From a virus, in IMG/VR virus record IMGVR_UViG_3300033407_000054, positions 1 through 39,782 of that record: DNA of 39,782 bases. The stretch is one strand, 5' to 3'. Below the pieces are notes generated by a model, which worked only from the letters and a program-made list of their open reading frames with translations, did not search any database and was not told where the DNA came from. Shown one piece after another: positions 17,841 to 26,130 of this stretch (its first letter is position 1; each line of letters opens with the position of its first letter). Both the position numbers and the translations under genes were made by a program.

Positions 17841-18471
17841 TTTTGTTCCTGCTTTTCATCTGATTGGCAACTTTTATGGATAATTGTTTGTTGGCTTTTT
17901 CAAAATCTTCAAAAGGAAGTTCTTCGGTCTTATTAATTTTATAATGATTTAAAAACCCTTCTACATCTGAAATACTTAAAACATCCATGTGTTTTTTTAG
18001 GATTTGTAATTGTCTTGGAGTGATTTTTCCGTGATCCGGTTTTTTTTCATTAGAGGCCATCGCAGTTTCTCCGTCGTCGTCTTCATCTTCAGCAACTACT
18101 CCGATCATGGAAGCATAACTATATCGTTTGCTATAGGTAATGTAAGATCCCAACTCTTGAATAGTGTTTTTGCTAGGATTGAGAGGCATTACAGATTCTA
18201 TCCATTGGCCCGAAGCATGACATAATCGAGTAAACAGATGCATTCCTCTATCGTTTGTCATAATCCTCTGAATTACTGATAAACCGTTGGAGGATAGGTG
18301 AGGTCTAGATGAATTTATAACAGAGGCTAAATCAGCATATTTACTTTTAAAAAATGGATTTTTTTTATCCATTTTAGCAGCCTCCATATCTCCTTGAGCT
18401 TTTGATAACGCTGCATATAGCTCATTTAAGCTAGGGGATTCATATAAAGTTGTAGATATCTGTTCATTCAT
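17827..18471 (-). CDS. erf: ERF-family single-strand annealing protein
   Basis: KNPFFKSKYADLASVINSSRPHLSSNGLSVIQ and YITYSKRYSYASMIGV match ERF (essential recombination function) motifs. I place the start at ATG 18471, preceded by AGGAG; the track start of 18507 is a TTG. Confidence 0.65.
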   Translation of the reverse strand: MNEQISTTLYESPSLNELYAALSKAQGDMEAAKMDKKNPFFKSKYADLASVINSSRPHLSSNGLSVIQRIMTNDRGMHLFTRLCHASGQWIESVMPLNPSKNTIQELGSYITYSKRYSYASMIGVVAEDEDDDGETAMASNEKKPDHGKITPRQLQILKKHMDVLSISDVEGFLNHYKINKTEELPFEDFEKANKQLSIKVANQMKSRNKNENN

Positions 18472-18472
18472 A

Positions 18473-18634
18473 TTAATTTGTCTCCTTGTTGTATGTTTCG
18501 TTATCAATTAAAATTTGTATCTCATCTTTCAATGTGGAAATAAACCAATCGATAGATCCTGGATTATAAAATACGTTTTCCACTTCATCTCTAATTTTTT
18601 CTAAACTTTTCCGAAGTATTTTTTCGTATTCCAT
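18473..18634 (-). CDS. Small early protein (53 aa), first gene of the leftward early operon; not in the ORF track
   Basis: ATG at 18634 is preceded by AAGGA. The stop lies 1 nt before the erf ATG. Confidence 0.4.
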   Translation of the reverse strand: MEYEKILRKSLEKIRDEVENVFYNPGSIDWFISTLKDEIQILIDNETYNKETN

Positions 18635-18650
18635 AACAGTTCCTTTTACT

Positions 18651-18731
18651 AAAACATTACCATTTGCAATGTTTTAACGCAACTCATTTTCGGTCTATTT
18701 GTAATGTTTTCAATGCAATTTGTAATATTTT
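18651..18731. promoter_or_regulatory. Divergent early control region with operator-like repeats
   Basis: An inverted pair AAAACATTAC / GCAATGTTTT spans 18651-18675. Direct copies TTGTAATGTTTT (18699-18710) and TTGTAATATTTT (18720-18731) follow. The region lies between the leftward recombination operon and the rightward HTH gene. Confidence 0.5.
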
Positions 18732-18789
18732 ACATGCAATTGGTTGTTTGCCTCTGTTAATAAAAAGATGTATCTAGTATCCTGATCGT

Positions 18790-18996
18790 ATGAGCAATAT
18801 AGAAGATCTTAAAACATACATTAAAAAAAATAATATCACTAAAAAGGGATTTGCTGAAATGATCGGCATAGATCCTGTGACTTTATATAGATATCTACAT
18901 GGAAAAAGTAAAATTCCCCTTCCAACTAAGAAACTTATTTTTAATCTCACTAAAGGAGAGGTAAATCTCACAGAAAACAATGATGAAAATAATTAA
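18790..18996 (+). CDS. Cro/XRE-type helix-turn-helix regulator
   Basis: 68 aa. KGFAEMIGIDPVTLYRYLHGKSKIP is a canonical HTH_XRE segment. It is the first gene of the rightward early operon. Confidence 0.65.
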   Translation: MSNIEDLKTYIKKNNITKKGFAEMIGIDPVTLYRYLHGKSKIPLPTKKLIFNLTKGEVNLTENNDENN

Positions 18997-19273
18997 CTTC
19001 AAAAAACAAAATCATGAAACATTTAAAGCGAAGTTTGATATTCAATTTTCAATAGGAACCGTTTTCGGTTTTAAACTAGTATGCACCAAAGGAAAAACCT
19101 TTATTTCTTTCCCTTCTACAGAATATCAATTGAACGGAGAAAAAAAATATAAAATGCATTATTATCCTCCTGAAGAGAAGACTCATGATTTTCAGAAAAA
19201 GGTATTAGAACTTTTAAGACCGTTTATCGAAGAAAATGCTCATGTAGAAGAAAATGAAGATTCTTTCTTTTGA
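18980..19273 (+). CDS. Hypothetical early protein (weak SpoVG-like pattern)
   Basis: 97 aa. FKAKFDIQFSIGTVFGFKLV..GKTFISFPS loosely resembles the SpoVG fold signature. Confidence 0.25.
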   Translation: MMKIINFKKQNHETFKAKFDIQFSIGTVFGFKLVCTKGKTFISFPSTEYQLNGEKKYKMHYYPPEEKTHDFQKKVLELLRPFIEENAHVEENEDSFF

Positions 19274-19350
19274 ATTAAAAAATAAACTTGAATTTTTACT
19301 TTAACTCATCTAAATATGCCAAGGTTAAATATTTAACCTAGGTTGTGTTT

Positions 19351-19773
19351 ATGGTGCAGCTTGAAATATTTGGAAGACCGGTCTCATCTAACTCTCATAA
19401 GCTTTCTAAAAACGGTCATATCTACGATCCCAAAAAAAAAGAAAAGGGAAATGCTAAATGGCAAATTAAATCCCAGTTCAATCAACGGCCCCTCGAATGT
19501 GCGATTGAATTGAAAATTAACTACTACTTCAAAATTCCAAAGGCAACAAGCTTTATTAAAAGAAAGCAGATGCTGGCTAACATCATCAAACATACTTCTT
19601 ATCCCGATACCGACAGACTTACCAATTTTTTAAAAGATGTATTAGCCGGGATCGTTTTTGTAAATGATAAGCAGGTGTGGTTTGAATCTCCCAAAAAACT
19701 CTGGTGTGAATCCGAACAAGAAGAAAAAACGCTTATTTATGTGATTCCTGACACGTTTGATGTAAGTCTATGA
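19351..19773 (+). CDS. rusA: RusA-family Holliday junction resolvase
   Basis: YPDTDRLTNFLKDVLAGIVFVNDKQV matches the RusA catalytic-core pattern (PD.DNL.K...D.L......DD.QV). I place the start at ATG 19351; the track start of 19345 is a GTG. Confidence 0.65.
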   Translation: MVQLEIFGRPVSSNSHKLSKNGHIYDPKKKEKGNAKWQIKSQFNQRPLECAIELKINYYFKIPKATSFIKRKQMLANIIKHTSYPDTDRLTNFLKDVLAGIVFVNDKQVWFESPKKLWCESEQEEKTLIYVIPDTFDVSL

Positions 19774-19915
19774 GATTGTAAGACCGAAAGAGCATGGGTC
19801 GGAACTAACCGTAAAGCTCTCTAAGGCTAACTCAGGGGAAGAACCCACCGAAGTCATCAATCCAATCTTGGTTTGAGGCCGTAGGAATCTCCTTCCTTTA
19901 GGGAAGGTAGGATGT
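19774..19915. other. G+C-enriched non-coding element A (candidate structured RNA or packaging/recombination site), related to element B
   Basis: No ORF. Shared blocks with 22267-22440 are GAGnTTGT, TAACCGTAAnGCTCT (19806-19820), CTAAGGC (19821-19827) and CTnAGGGGA (19831-19839). A hairpin CCTTCC-tttag-GGAAGG lies at 19891-19907. Confidence 0.4.
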
Positions 19916-20093
19916 CAATAACTATGTAGTTGACAGATCTATCTTCTTGTGTGCTTATTTCTTACAGTGTTAAATATTAATTTAATTAAAGAGTCTCCTC
20001 TTCCTTCTTAAAAGATCGTTCCTCCCATTCCCAACCAATAATAAATCGCTTGTCGGACTTTTTACGTTTAAAAAAAATATTATTACTAGTAGA

Positions 20094-20330
20094 TTGATTC
20101 TCTATGTTAAAATAAATTATATGTTTATCAACCTGTCTAACCATCAACCGGTTATCAACACCTACACTCTAATAGAAAAGAACGGCTATATAACTATCTC
20201 CCAATGGCTAGGGGATAGGTATGACATACAACCCGATTCTAAACTTCCTTGGTTTAATCCGAATGAACGAATCCGAATGAACGAACAGCCTTCAAGATGG
20301 ATGCATCTCCCTAAGGTTATAAATGGTTGA
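20094..20330 (+). CDS. Hypothetical ORF upstream of terS (coding status uncertain)
   Basis: 78-aa ORF with no recognisable motif. It contains the 14-bp tandem repeat at 20257-20284. Confidence 0.25.
   Translation: MILYVKINYMFINLSNHQPVINTYTLIEKNGYITISQWLGDRYDIQPDSKLPWFNPNERIRMNEQPSRWMHLPKVING
20257..20284. repeat. Perfect 14-bp tandem duplication ATCCGAATGAACGA x2 just upstream of terS
   Basis: Read directly at 20257-20270 and 20271-20284. Confidence 0.8.
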
Positions 20331-20733
20331 ACCTATGAAAAGAAAAGTGGGAAGGCCGGAGAGAACCTATGATAAAAGGATATTTGAATCCTTATGTGAA
20401 GTTCAATGCACAGTTGATGAAATAGAATCTATCCTACACACCAATCAGGCAACTTTAGATAAATGGTGTTTAAAGACTTATAAAGAGAATTTTTGCACGG
20501 TATATAAAAGACTCTCTTCAAACGGTAAACAATCCCTTCGTAGATACCAGTACACACAGGCTAAAAGATCAGCAACAATGGCTATTTGGCTTGGGAAACA
20601 ATGGTTAGGTCAGTCAGATAAGATTGATAACCTAGAGCAACAAATGAGAACGGTATTAACGGTACTTAATGATACAAACAGACTCATTAACCAAGCAGAT
20701 AACCCTAACTCCGAAACAACTGAAGTCCATTAG
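20323..20733 (+). CDS. terS: Terminase small subunit
   Basis: 136 aa. It has an N-terminal HTH-like segment (KVGRPERTYDKRIFESLCEVQCTVDEIESIL...TLDKW) and ...AIWLGKQWLGQSD, typical of small terminases. It sits directly upstream of terL and overlaps it. An alternative start is at 20335. Confidence 0.6.
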   Translation: MVEPMKRKVGRPERTYDKRIFESLCEVQCTVDEIESILHTNQATLDKWCLKTYKENFCTVYKRLSSNGKQSLRRYQYTQAKRSATMAIWLGKQWLGQSDKIDNLEQQMRTVLTVLNDTNRLINQADNPNSETTEVH

Positions 20734-21982
20734 AGATTCTAACGCTCATATAAATATATGGGAAGGTTCGGTTAGATCGGGAAAGACTTTTTCCTCTTTA
20801 ATTAGATGGCTTCACTTTTGCTTAAACTGCCCTGATGATGATTTAATCATGGTTGGTAGAACATCGGCCACTATCTATAACAACTCTGTTAAATGGTATC
20901 AGGAATTCTACCCACAGATAACCACTTATCAGCCGGGTAACCAAGTATTGTTCTTAGGAAATAAAAGAATCGAGCTTATCGGGGCCAACGATCAAACCTC
21001 TTTCACAAAGATTGCCGGTAACACTCGGTCAGGGGCCTATGTAGATGAGGCCTCTTTAATTCCCTGGTCATTCATGCAAATGCTTGATCAACGTTTATCT
21101 AAACCTCACTCAAAGATGTTTTGCACCACTAACCCTGATAGTCCCTTCCATCCTCTAAAAGAATGGATAGACCAGGCAGATGATAAGAATTTTTCCGTAT
21201 TTAACTTCAGACTGGATGACAACCCCTTCTTACCCGACGACTATAAAGAAAGGCTAAAACAGACTAATAAAGGACTCTATTATAAAAGATATATCCTAGG
21301 GCATTGGTGCCAAGCTGAAGGGGCTATCTATGACTTCTTTGAAGAGTCTCAACACACCTTGGAAAAACCACCCTCTTACGCCAAATATTATTTGGTAGGG
21401 GTAGATTACGGCACCGTAAACCCAACCTCTTTTGTATTGATTGGGGTAAACGATGACGTAACCCCAATCATATGGGTAGAAAAAGAGTATTACTATGACT
21501 CTAAGAAAATGGGAAGACAGAAAACCGATGCAGAGTTTGCCTATGATTTAGCCAAGTTCATTGAGCTTTATAACGTAAAACGGATTTATGTAGACCCAAG
21601 CGCGGCTTCTTTTAAGAACGAGCTTAGAAGACATTCGATAAAGACTACCGATGCTAATAACGATGTGTTGGACGGTATCAGAACCGTTTCTTCTTTAATG
21701 TCTTCCCAACAGATTAAAATTTGTAAAGAATGTAAAAACATCATACGGGAAATACAGTCTTATGTATGGGATGAGAAAGCCTCTCTTAAAGGGGAAGACA
21801 AGCCCGTTAAGCAAAATGATCACGGGATTGATGCTATGAGGTATGCTATTCACACTCATTTCGGAAATAAAAAGACGATTAAAGAAAAGACTGATCACGA
21901 GAAAGAGGTTGAGATGATTAAAAGATTTAATATATCTTATCAAAATCAAAATGAATTACCTTGGGGGTACAGACCAGTATGA
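20669..21982 (+). CDS. terL: Terminase large subunit
   Basis: 437 aa with Walker A GSVRSGKTF and Walker B AYVDEAS. The C-terminal RNaseH-like nuclease has VGVDYG and DHGIDAMRYA. Confidence 0.85.
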   Translation: MIQTDSLTKQITLTPKQLKSIRDSNAHINIWEGSVRSGKTFSSLIRWLHFCLNCPDDDLIMVGRTSATIYNNSVKWYQEFYPQITTYQPGNQVLFLGNKRIELIGANDQTSFTKIAGNTRSGAYVDEASLIPWSFMQMLDQRLSKPHSKMFCTTNPDSPFHPLKEWIDQADDKNFSVFNFRLDDNPFLPDDYKERLKQTNKGLYYKRYILGHWCQAEGAIYDFFEESQHTLEKPPSYAKYYLVGVDYGTVNPTSFVLIGVNDDVTPIIWVEKEYYYDSKKMGRQKTDAEFAYDLAKFIELYNVKRIYVDPSAASFKNELRRHSIKTTDANNDVLDGIRTVSSLMSSQQIKICKECKNIIREIQSYVWDEKASLKGEDKPVKQNDHGIDAMRYAIHTHFGNKKTIKEKTDHEKEVEMIKRFNISYQNQNELPWGYRPV

Positions 21983-22266
21983 GCAAACAATTTGTTAGAA
22001 CAGCCGATCATCAGTATATAAACCTGGACTTCGTGAAATCAATTATCTATAGAAAAATTGAACAAGATCAGGAAGAAATATTTGAGATAATTTTAGAGTG
22101 CATAGAGGGAGAAATTATTTTAGGATATGTATTATACGAAGGAGATGTACTAGAAATCATAAACGATATTATTAATGACTCCACTATAACTTGTGATTAC
22201 ATGACGTACGAAGAAGCTCTGGAATGCGTGACAAGGAAATCAAAAGGTCAACTATCCCCCAGCTGA
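21979..22266 (+). CDS. Hypothetical acidic protein
   Basis: ATG at 21979 overlaps the terL stop (ATGA). Product is 95 aa. Confidence 0.4.
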   Translation: MSKQFVRTADHQYINLDFVKSIIYRKIEQDQEEIFEIILECIEGEIILGYVLYEGDVLEIINDIINDSTITCDYMTYEEALECVTRKSKGQLSPS

Positions 22267-22440
22267 ATAAGGGAGCTTGTCCTTCCAGTTTTCGTCCGGT
22301 TAACCGTAACGCTCTTTCGAGAACGGAGGTACCTAAGGCGTATCGACTGACGCCATTGTAGAAACAACAGATTCTACAAGCTGCAAGTTAAAGTGTGCGA
22401 GCTTCCACTGAGGGGATATTATATAGTCTCGTAGAAAAAA
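22267..22440. other. G+C-enriched non-coding element B (candidate structured RNA), related to element A but with inserted hairpins
   Basis: TAACCGTAACGCTCT at 22301-22315, CTAAGGC at 22333-22339 and CTGAGGGGA at 22408-22416. Extra hairpins are GGCGT/ACGCC (22337-22354) and TTGTAGAA/TTCTACAA (22356-22379). No ORF. Confidence 0.4.
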
Positions 22441-22536
22441 AGCTAACAAAAAGAGGAGCGAGGTTTCCTCCCAGATCTGAAGCACTGGGTTTCCACCTCG
22501 TCAGTAGGATGAATCAAAAGATGAATCGGAGAAAAT

Positions 22537-22806
22537 ATGTTAAAAAAATGTGACATGTGCGGATCTGAAATTGTAGAAAATAAATGCAGCTGTGGTACGT
22601 GGATATCTAAGGAAGGAATGAAAGATAACTCCATGAAAAAAGCTGTTGAGGAATTTCATGAAATGAAAAGGTTTACCCTTACCGCGGATGCACCCCACCT
22701 AGGATGTGCTGTTGTTTTCTTTAGAGGAGATTATAAAGACTGCCAAAAAGTGGAAACGTTTATTCATGAAATGAAGGGTCGACCATATTACAATGAACTG
22801 GATTAG
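22537..22806 (+). CDS. Small zinc-ribbon protein, function unknown
   Basis: 89 aa with N-terminal CDMCGSEIVENKCSCG. Confidence 0.4.
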   Translation: MLKKCDMCGSEIVENKCSCGTWISKEGMKDNSMKKAVEEFHEMKRFTLTADAPHLGCAVVFFRGDYKDCQKVETFIHEMKGRPYYNELD

Positions 22807-22850
22807 CGTTAGATCATTTAAAATGTTTAAATTAAGATAAATTACCACTT

Positions 22851-23135
22851 ATGGATAAAAAAAAAGAAATTATTACAGATAAAAATCATATACTAATCAC
22901 TACGTCGGACGAAATTATTGACCTTCTTATACACACCTTTGTAGATAATGAATGTGAGTTAAGTAAAGAAGGGAGTATAACAGCTTTAAATTGGATGATG
23001 GGGGCACTGAGCAGAAGCGTGATGATTCTTACTTCTCACTGCCGCATGTCTTTATCAGACGAATTGGGGTTTATAGATGATATTTGCGATAATATGAAAG
23101 AAAATATTAGAAATATGCGTAAGAAGAAGGATTAA
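22851..23135 (+). CDS. Hypothetical protein
   Basis: 94-aa ORF with no recognisable motif. Confidence 0.35.
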   Translation: MDKKKEIITDKNHILITTSDEIIDLLIHTFVDNECELSKEGSITALNWMMGALSRSVMILTSHCRMSLSDELGFIDDICDNMKENIRNMRKKKD

Positions 23136-23179
23136 AATAGTCCTATCTCTTTTTAAGTATGATTTCTGAATTTCATTCT

Positions 23180-23208
23180 TTGTTGTAAAGTAATTATTTT
23201 AATATAAT
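23180..23208 (+). promoter_or_regulatory. Sigma70-like promoter TTGTTG-N17-TATAAT ending 6 nt before the portal ATG
   Basis: TTGTTG at 23180-23185 and consensus TATAAT at 23203-23208. The ATG is at 23215 with no Shine-Dalgarno sequence between. Confidence 0.4.
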
Positions 23209-23214
23209 TGCGGC

Positions 23215-25317
23215 ATGACAGCAAACTTTTCCAATGACTCTCTCTTAAATATCAATAAAGATAACGCTATATACATTCTAGATGGGTTAGCCGATAGATA
23301 TAACCCAATGGAACAGCAACGGTGGAACCAAGGTGATATAAACAAACGTTTCTGGGCTGGAGATCAAACCTTTATCAATCGATACTTCTCGTTTACTCCT
23401 GTTCAATCGTGGAAAAAGTTCACCTTCAATATCATGCAACAACCATGCAATATGGTTACAGGGTATCAAAGGCAACACAGAAAAAATATACAGTATACAC
23501 CCGTTGAAGGATCGGACCAAAAGACAGCCGATCAATGGTCAGGGCTTATCAAGACTGTTAACAAGCAAAACTTCATAGATGAAAAATTTTCTGATAGTTG
23601 TGAACATTCGTTGGTAGCCGGACTAAATATGATACAGCCCTATTTGGATTACACGCATGATCCTATTAATGGTGACATGAAGTTGAAGGTGTGGCCCTGG
23701 AATTCCTTTATGGTAGATCCATACTTTAGAGAACCTGACATGTCCGATGCTAACTTCATTTGGTTTCAGCAATTCATCTCTAAAGAAGAAGCGGCCATTA
23801 CAATGTCTGAGTATGAAGATGAAATTAAAAGAATGAGTCCATATAACGGAACAACGGCGCGAGGTAGGTTTTACTTTCTTCCTGAAAACTATTCGGTCTC
23901 TCGAAACAATCTCCTGGTGATGTCGTTCTTTTGGTATAAATCTCGTCGCAAGAAGAAGATGCTTTATAACAGAGTATCGGGAGAGATTACGGACTTCTTA
24001 GGTAATAAAGATGAACTAAGAGAGTTTATTTCTCGCAATAGGGGATATGAGGTTATTTCTCATGAAACATCTACTTGGAAGAATATAATCACTCTTAATC
24101 GAAAGGTAGTGTACGAAGGTAAAAACCCTTTGAATGTTGATTCACCCCCTTCTATTCCTGTTTTTTGGAATTACAATCCTGAGATGCCTTCCTATCGACT
24201 TAGAGATAGATCATTAGTTTTTTCCCTTAGAGACGTAAACTTTCTTCTCAATCGAAGAATCATTCTTAACCATGACATTAGCGAAAGTAGTTTGAATACA
24301 GGTTGGATTAGACGGGAAAACTCTATTGCTAATGAAGAGATTCTATCTAAAGTAGGACAGGGGAAAGATGTAATCATCAAGGAAGGAGAACACGAAGACA
24401 AGCCTATATCTGAGATCATTCAAAAGATACAGCCTAATATTGTTCCTCCTTCTGATATGGAATTGGCTAATCAGTTAGTTGATTTGGTTTACAAAGTTTC
24501 AGGTGTAAACGAAGAGCTTATGGGTGCGGCGGATGATGATAAAGCAGCCCTTCTTTCGATGCTTAGACAGGGAGCGGGTCTTGTAACCCTGCAAAAGTAT
24601 TTCGATCAGTGGGATAGAGCTTTTATGCTTCTAGGGAAGATGGAGATGGCTATTGTACAAGCTAACTGGTCTCCATTCAAAGTATGGAGAATCATTGGGG
24701 AACCTCCCACAGAACAGTTTTTTAATAAAAACTTTCAAAAGTATGATTGTATTGTATCTGAAGGTCTTAATACGACAGTTCAAAGACAACAAACGTTTCA
24801 TGTTTTATTTCAATTATTCCAAGCGGGTCTTCCTGTAGATCCACAATTCTTAATAGATATCTTAGATGTTCCCGGTAAATCGAAACTAAACGAGTACATG
24901 GAAGCTAAGATAGCTAAAGAATCGGCTGTTCAAGAACAACAACAAGCTTTAGAGCTTGCGATGGCAGACGCTGAATTAACGAACAAACAAGCGGACAGTA
25001 TGTTCAAGCTATCAGGTGCGAGAGAAAGACAAGGACGTGCCGAATCTAACATAGGTCTTTTTGAAGAGCGCTTGTCTGAGATCACACATAACCGAGCGAT
25101 GGCATTAAAAGATAAGATAGAAGCATTAAAAAATTTACTTGAAACTATGCAAACCTATGGTATACTCGACTCCAGTATAGGGCACAGTTTACTTGAAGAA
25201 ATAACAAGTGGACAAATAGGACAAGAGGATCGAGAAAAATTTGAAGCTAAGCAAACTGCAATGGCTAACAATTTAAGAACTCAAAATCCCGACCTGTACC
25301 AAATGTTGCAACAATGA
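23215..25317 (+). CDS. Portal protein
   Basis: 700-aa ORF downstream of the terminase genes. The size and long C-terminal coiled-coil/barrel-like tail (QEQQQALELAMADAELTNKQ...) are typical of P22-like portals. Confidence 0.65.
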   Translation: MTANFSNDSLLNINKDNAIYILDGLADRYNPMEQQRWNQGDINKRFWAGDQTFINRYFSFTPVQSWKKFTFNIMQQPCNMVTGYQRQHRKNIQYTPVEGSDQKTADQWSGLIKTVNKQNFIDEKFSDSCEHSLVAGLNMIQPYLDYTHDPINGDMKLKVWPWNSFMVDPYFREPDMSDANFIWFQQFISKEEAAITMSEYEDEIKRMSPYNGTTARGRFYFLPENYSVSRNNLLVMSFFWYKSRRKKKMLYNRVSGEITDFLGNKDELREFISRNRGYEVISHETSTWKNIITLNRKVVYEGKNPLNVDSPPSIPVFWNYNPEMPSYRLRDRSLVFSLRDVNFLLNRRIILNHDISESSLNTGWIRRENSIANEEILSKVGQGKDVIIKEGEHEDKPISEIIQKIQPNIVPPSDMELANQLVDLVYKVSGVNEELMGAADDDKAALLSMLRQGAGLVTLQKYFDQWDRAFMLLGKMEMAIVQANWSPFKVWRIIGEPPTEQFFNKNFQKYDCIVSEGLNTTVQRQQTFHVLFQLFQAGLPVDPQFLIDILDVPGKSKLNEYMEAKIAKESAVQEQQQALELAMADAELTNKQADSMFKLSGARERQGRAESNIGLFEERLSEITHNRAMALKDKIEALKNLLETMQTYGILDSSIGHSLLEEITSGQIGQEDREKFEAKQTAMANNLRTQNPDLYQMLQQ

Positions 25318-25324
25318 GGAAAAT

Positions 25325-25519
25325 ATGTCGTACACAAAAAGAACTTCAAAAGGATCTCCCTTCTCAATGGATTCTAGAGTCTCTCAAATAGCCGAGTGCT
25401 CGGGTCTAAATCAAATGGGATATCCCGATACTCAACAATCTATCTACGTAGCTCAAGAAGAATCCACTAGAAAAGTGAAAGCTTCAATGAGCAAAGCGGG
25501 AGAAAACCAGAGGAACTAA
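25325..25519 (+). CDS. Hypothetical small protein
   Basis: 64-aa ORF with a GAGGA RBS, following the portal gene. Confidence 0.35.
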   Translation: MSYTKRTSKGSPFSMDSRVSQIAECSGLNQMGYPDTQQSIYVAQEESTRKVKASMSKAGENQRN

Positions 25520-25692
25520 TGGCTAAAGATAAAGTATTTGGATTTAAGAAAGACAATCTATCCCGTCAGAAGGTATTGCCTTCCAAAGAACCGCGCATGT
25601 CTGAATACGATTACTTAAAAGGATATTACAAACCTGAAAGTTTAAAAGTTTCTCAGGAAACTCTTCCTTTCACGGAAGGAAAGAAAGAATGA
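25519..25692 (+). CDS. Hypothetical small protein (57 aa); not in the ORF track
   Basis: The ATG overlaps the previous stop (TAATG). The gene ends just before the strong terminator. Confidence 0.35.
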   Translation: MAKDKVFGFKKDNLSRQKVLPSKEPRMSEYDYLKGYYKPESLKVSQETLPFTEGKKE

Positions 25693-25714
25693 TCTTTTTT
25701 TTATTTTAACTCCC

Positions 25715-25742
25715 GGGGGGGTGCTGCAGAGCCCCCCTTTTT
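25715..25742 (+). terminator. Rho-independent terminator
   Basis: GGGGGGG-tgctgcagag-CCCCCC is followed by TTTTT. Confidence 0.75.
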
Positions 25743-25752
25743 AGAGGTAAAT

Positions 25753-26130
25753 ATGACAGAAAAAATCACAAGTGATTTCAAGAAAGAAATAGATGATTAT
25801 ATAGACTCCGCACTGGGTAAGTTCCGATCAGAAGGGAAAACTATAATTAATCAAACCCTAAACCATATCAACCGAAAAATTGATCAGTTTATGGAAAAAT
25901 ATGAAAGAGATTCTCACAAGTCTATCCAAAAAGGATTAAAAGAGATGTCTTCCTTTTGTAAAAAAATAGATCAAATAGAAGAAACCTTCTTAATCATGTT
26001 CACCAACATCAAACGAAATCAATTCTTATATTCTCATTACCCTGAGGAATGGTGGGACAAGCACTATGTCGATATAAAAGAAAAAATGATAAAAGAAAAC
26101 ACAGAATACAAAAAGATGGCTAATGCATAA
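25753..26130 (+). CDS. Hypothetical protein
   Basis: 125-aa ORF with a GAGG RBS. Confidence 0.4.
   Translation: MTEKITSDFKKEIDDYIDSALGKFRSEGKTIINQTLNHINRKIDQFMEKYERDSHKSIQKGLKEMSSFCKKIDQIEETFLIMFTNIKRNQFLYSHYPEEWWDKHYVDIKEKMIKENTEYKKMANA

Noticed and set aside
18980-19273. Confident assignment of the 97-aa early protein as SpoVG
   Set aside because: Only a loose pattern match exists, so it is kept as a low-confidence note in the feature list.
19774-22440. Group I/II intron or split gene as an explanation for the two G+C-rich elements
   Set aside because: The flanking genes (rusA, terS, terL, 21979..22266) look intact, with normal starts, stops and complete motif sets. No homing endonuclease or reverse transcriptase ORF is present, and I could not identify the conserved intron core pairings.
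22453-22470. Hairpin GAGGA-N8-TCCTC followed on the minus strand by TTTTTG, a possible minus-strand terminator or antisense RNA end
   Set aside because: The stem is only 5 bp, no minus-strand gene lies upstream of it, and the overlapping minus ORF 22443..22634 has no coding signal. It is too weak to call.
24653-24838. Short ORFs nested inside or antisense to long genes. Examples: 24653..24838(+), 340..531(-), 1108..1320(-), 1194..1406(-), 1902..2111(-), 2608..2793(-), 4692..4889(-), 9419..9604(-), 11037..11231(-), 12559..12750(-), 17004..17228(+), 18010..18225(+), 18774..18980(-), 19384..19593(-), 21695..21949(-), 22443..22634(-), 23287..23535(-), 24192..24419(-), 26026..26265(-), 26476..26670(-), 29251..29487(+), 31120..31305(-), 31635..31820(-), 39206..39436(-), 39471..39707(-)
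   Set aside because: These are shadow ORFs overlapping well-supported genes. They lack an RBS, have unusual composition, and would break the tight operon organisation.
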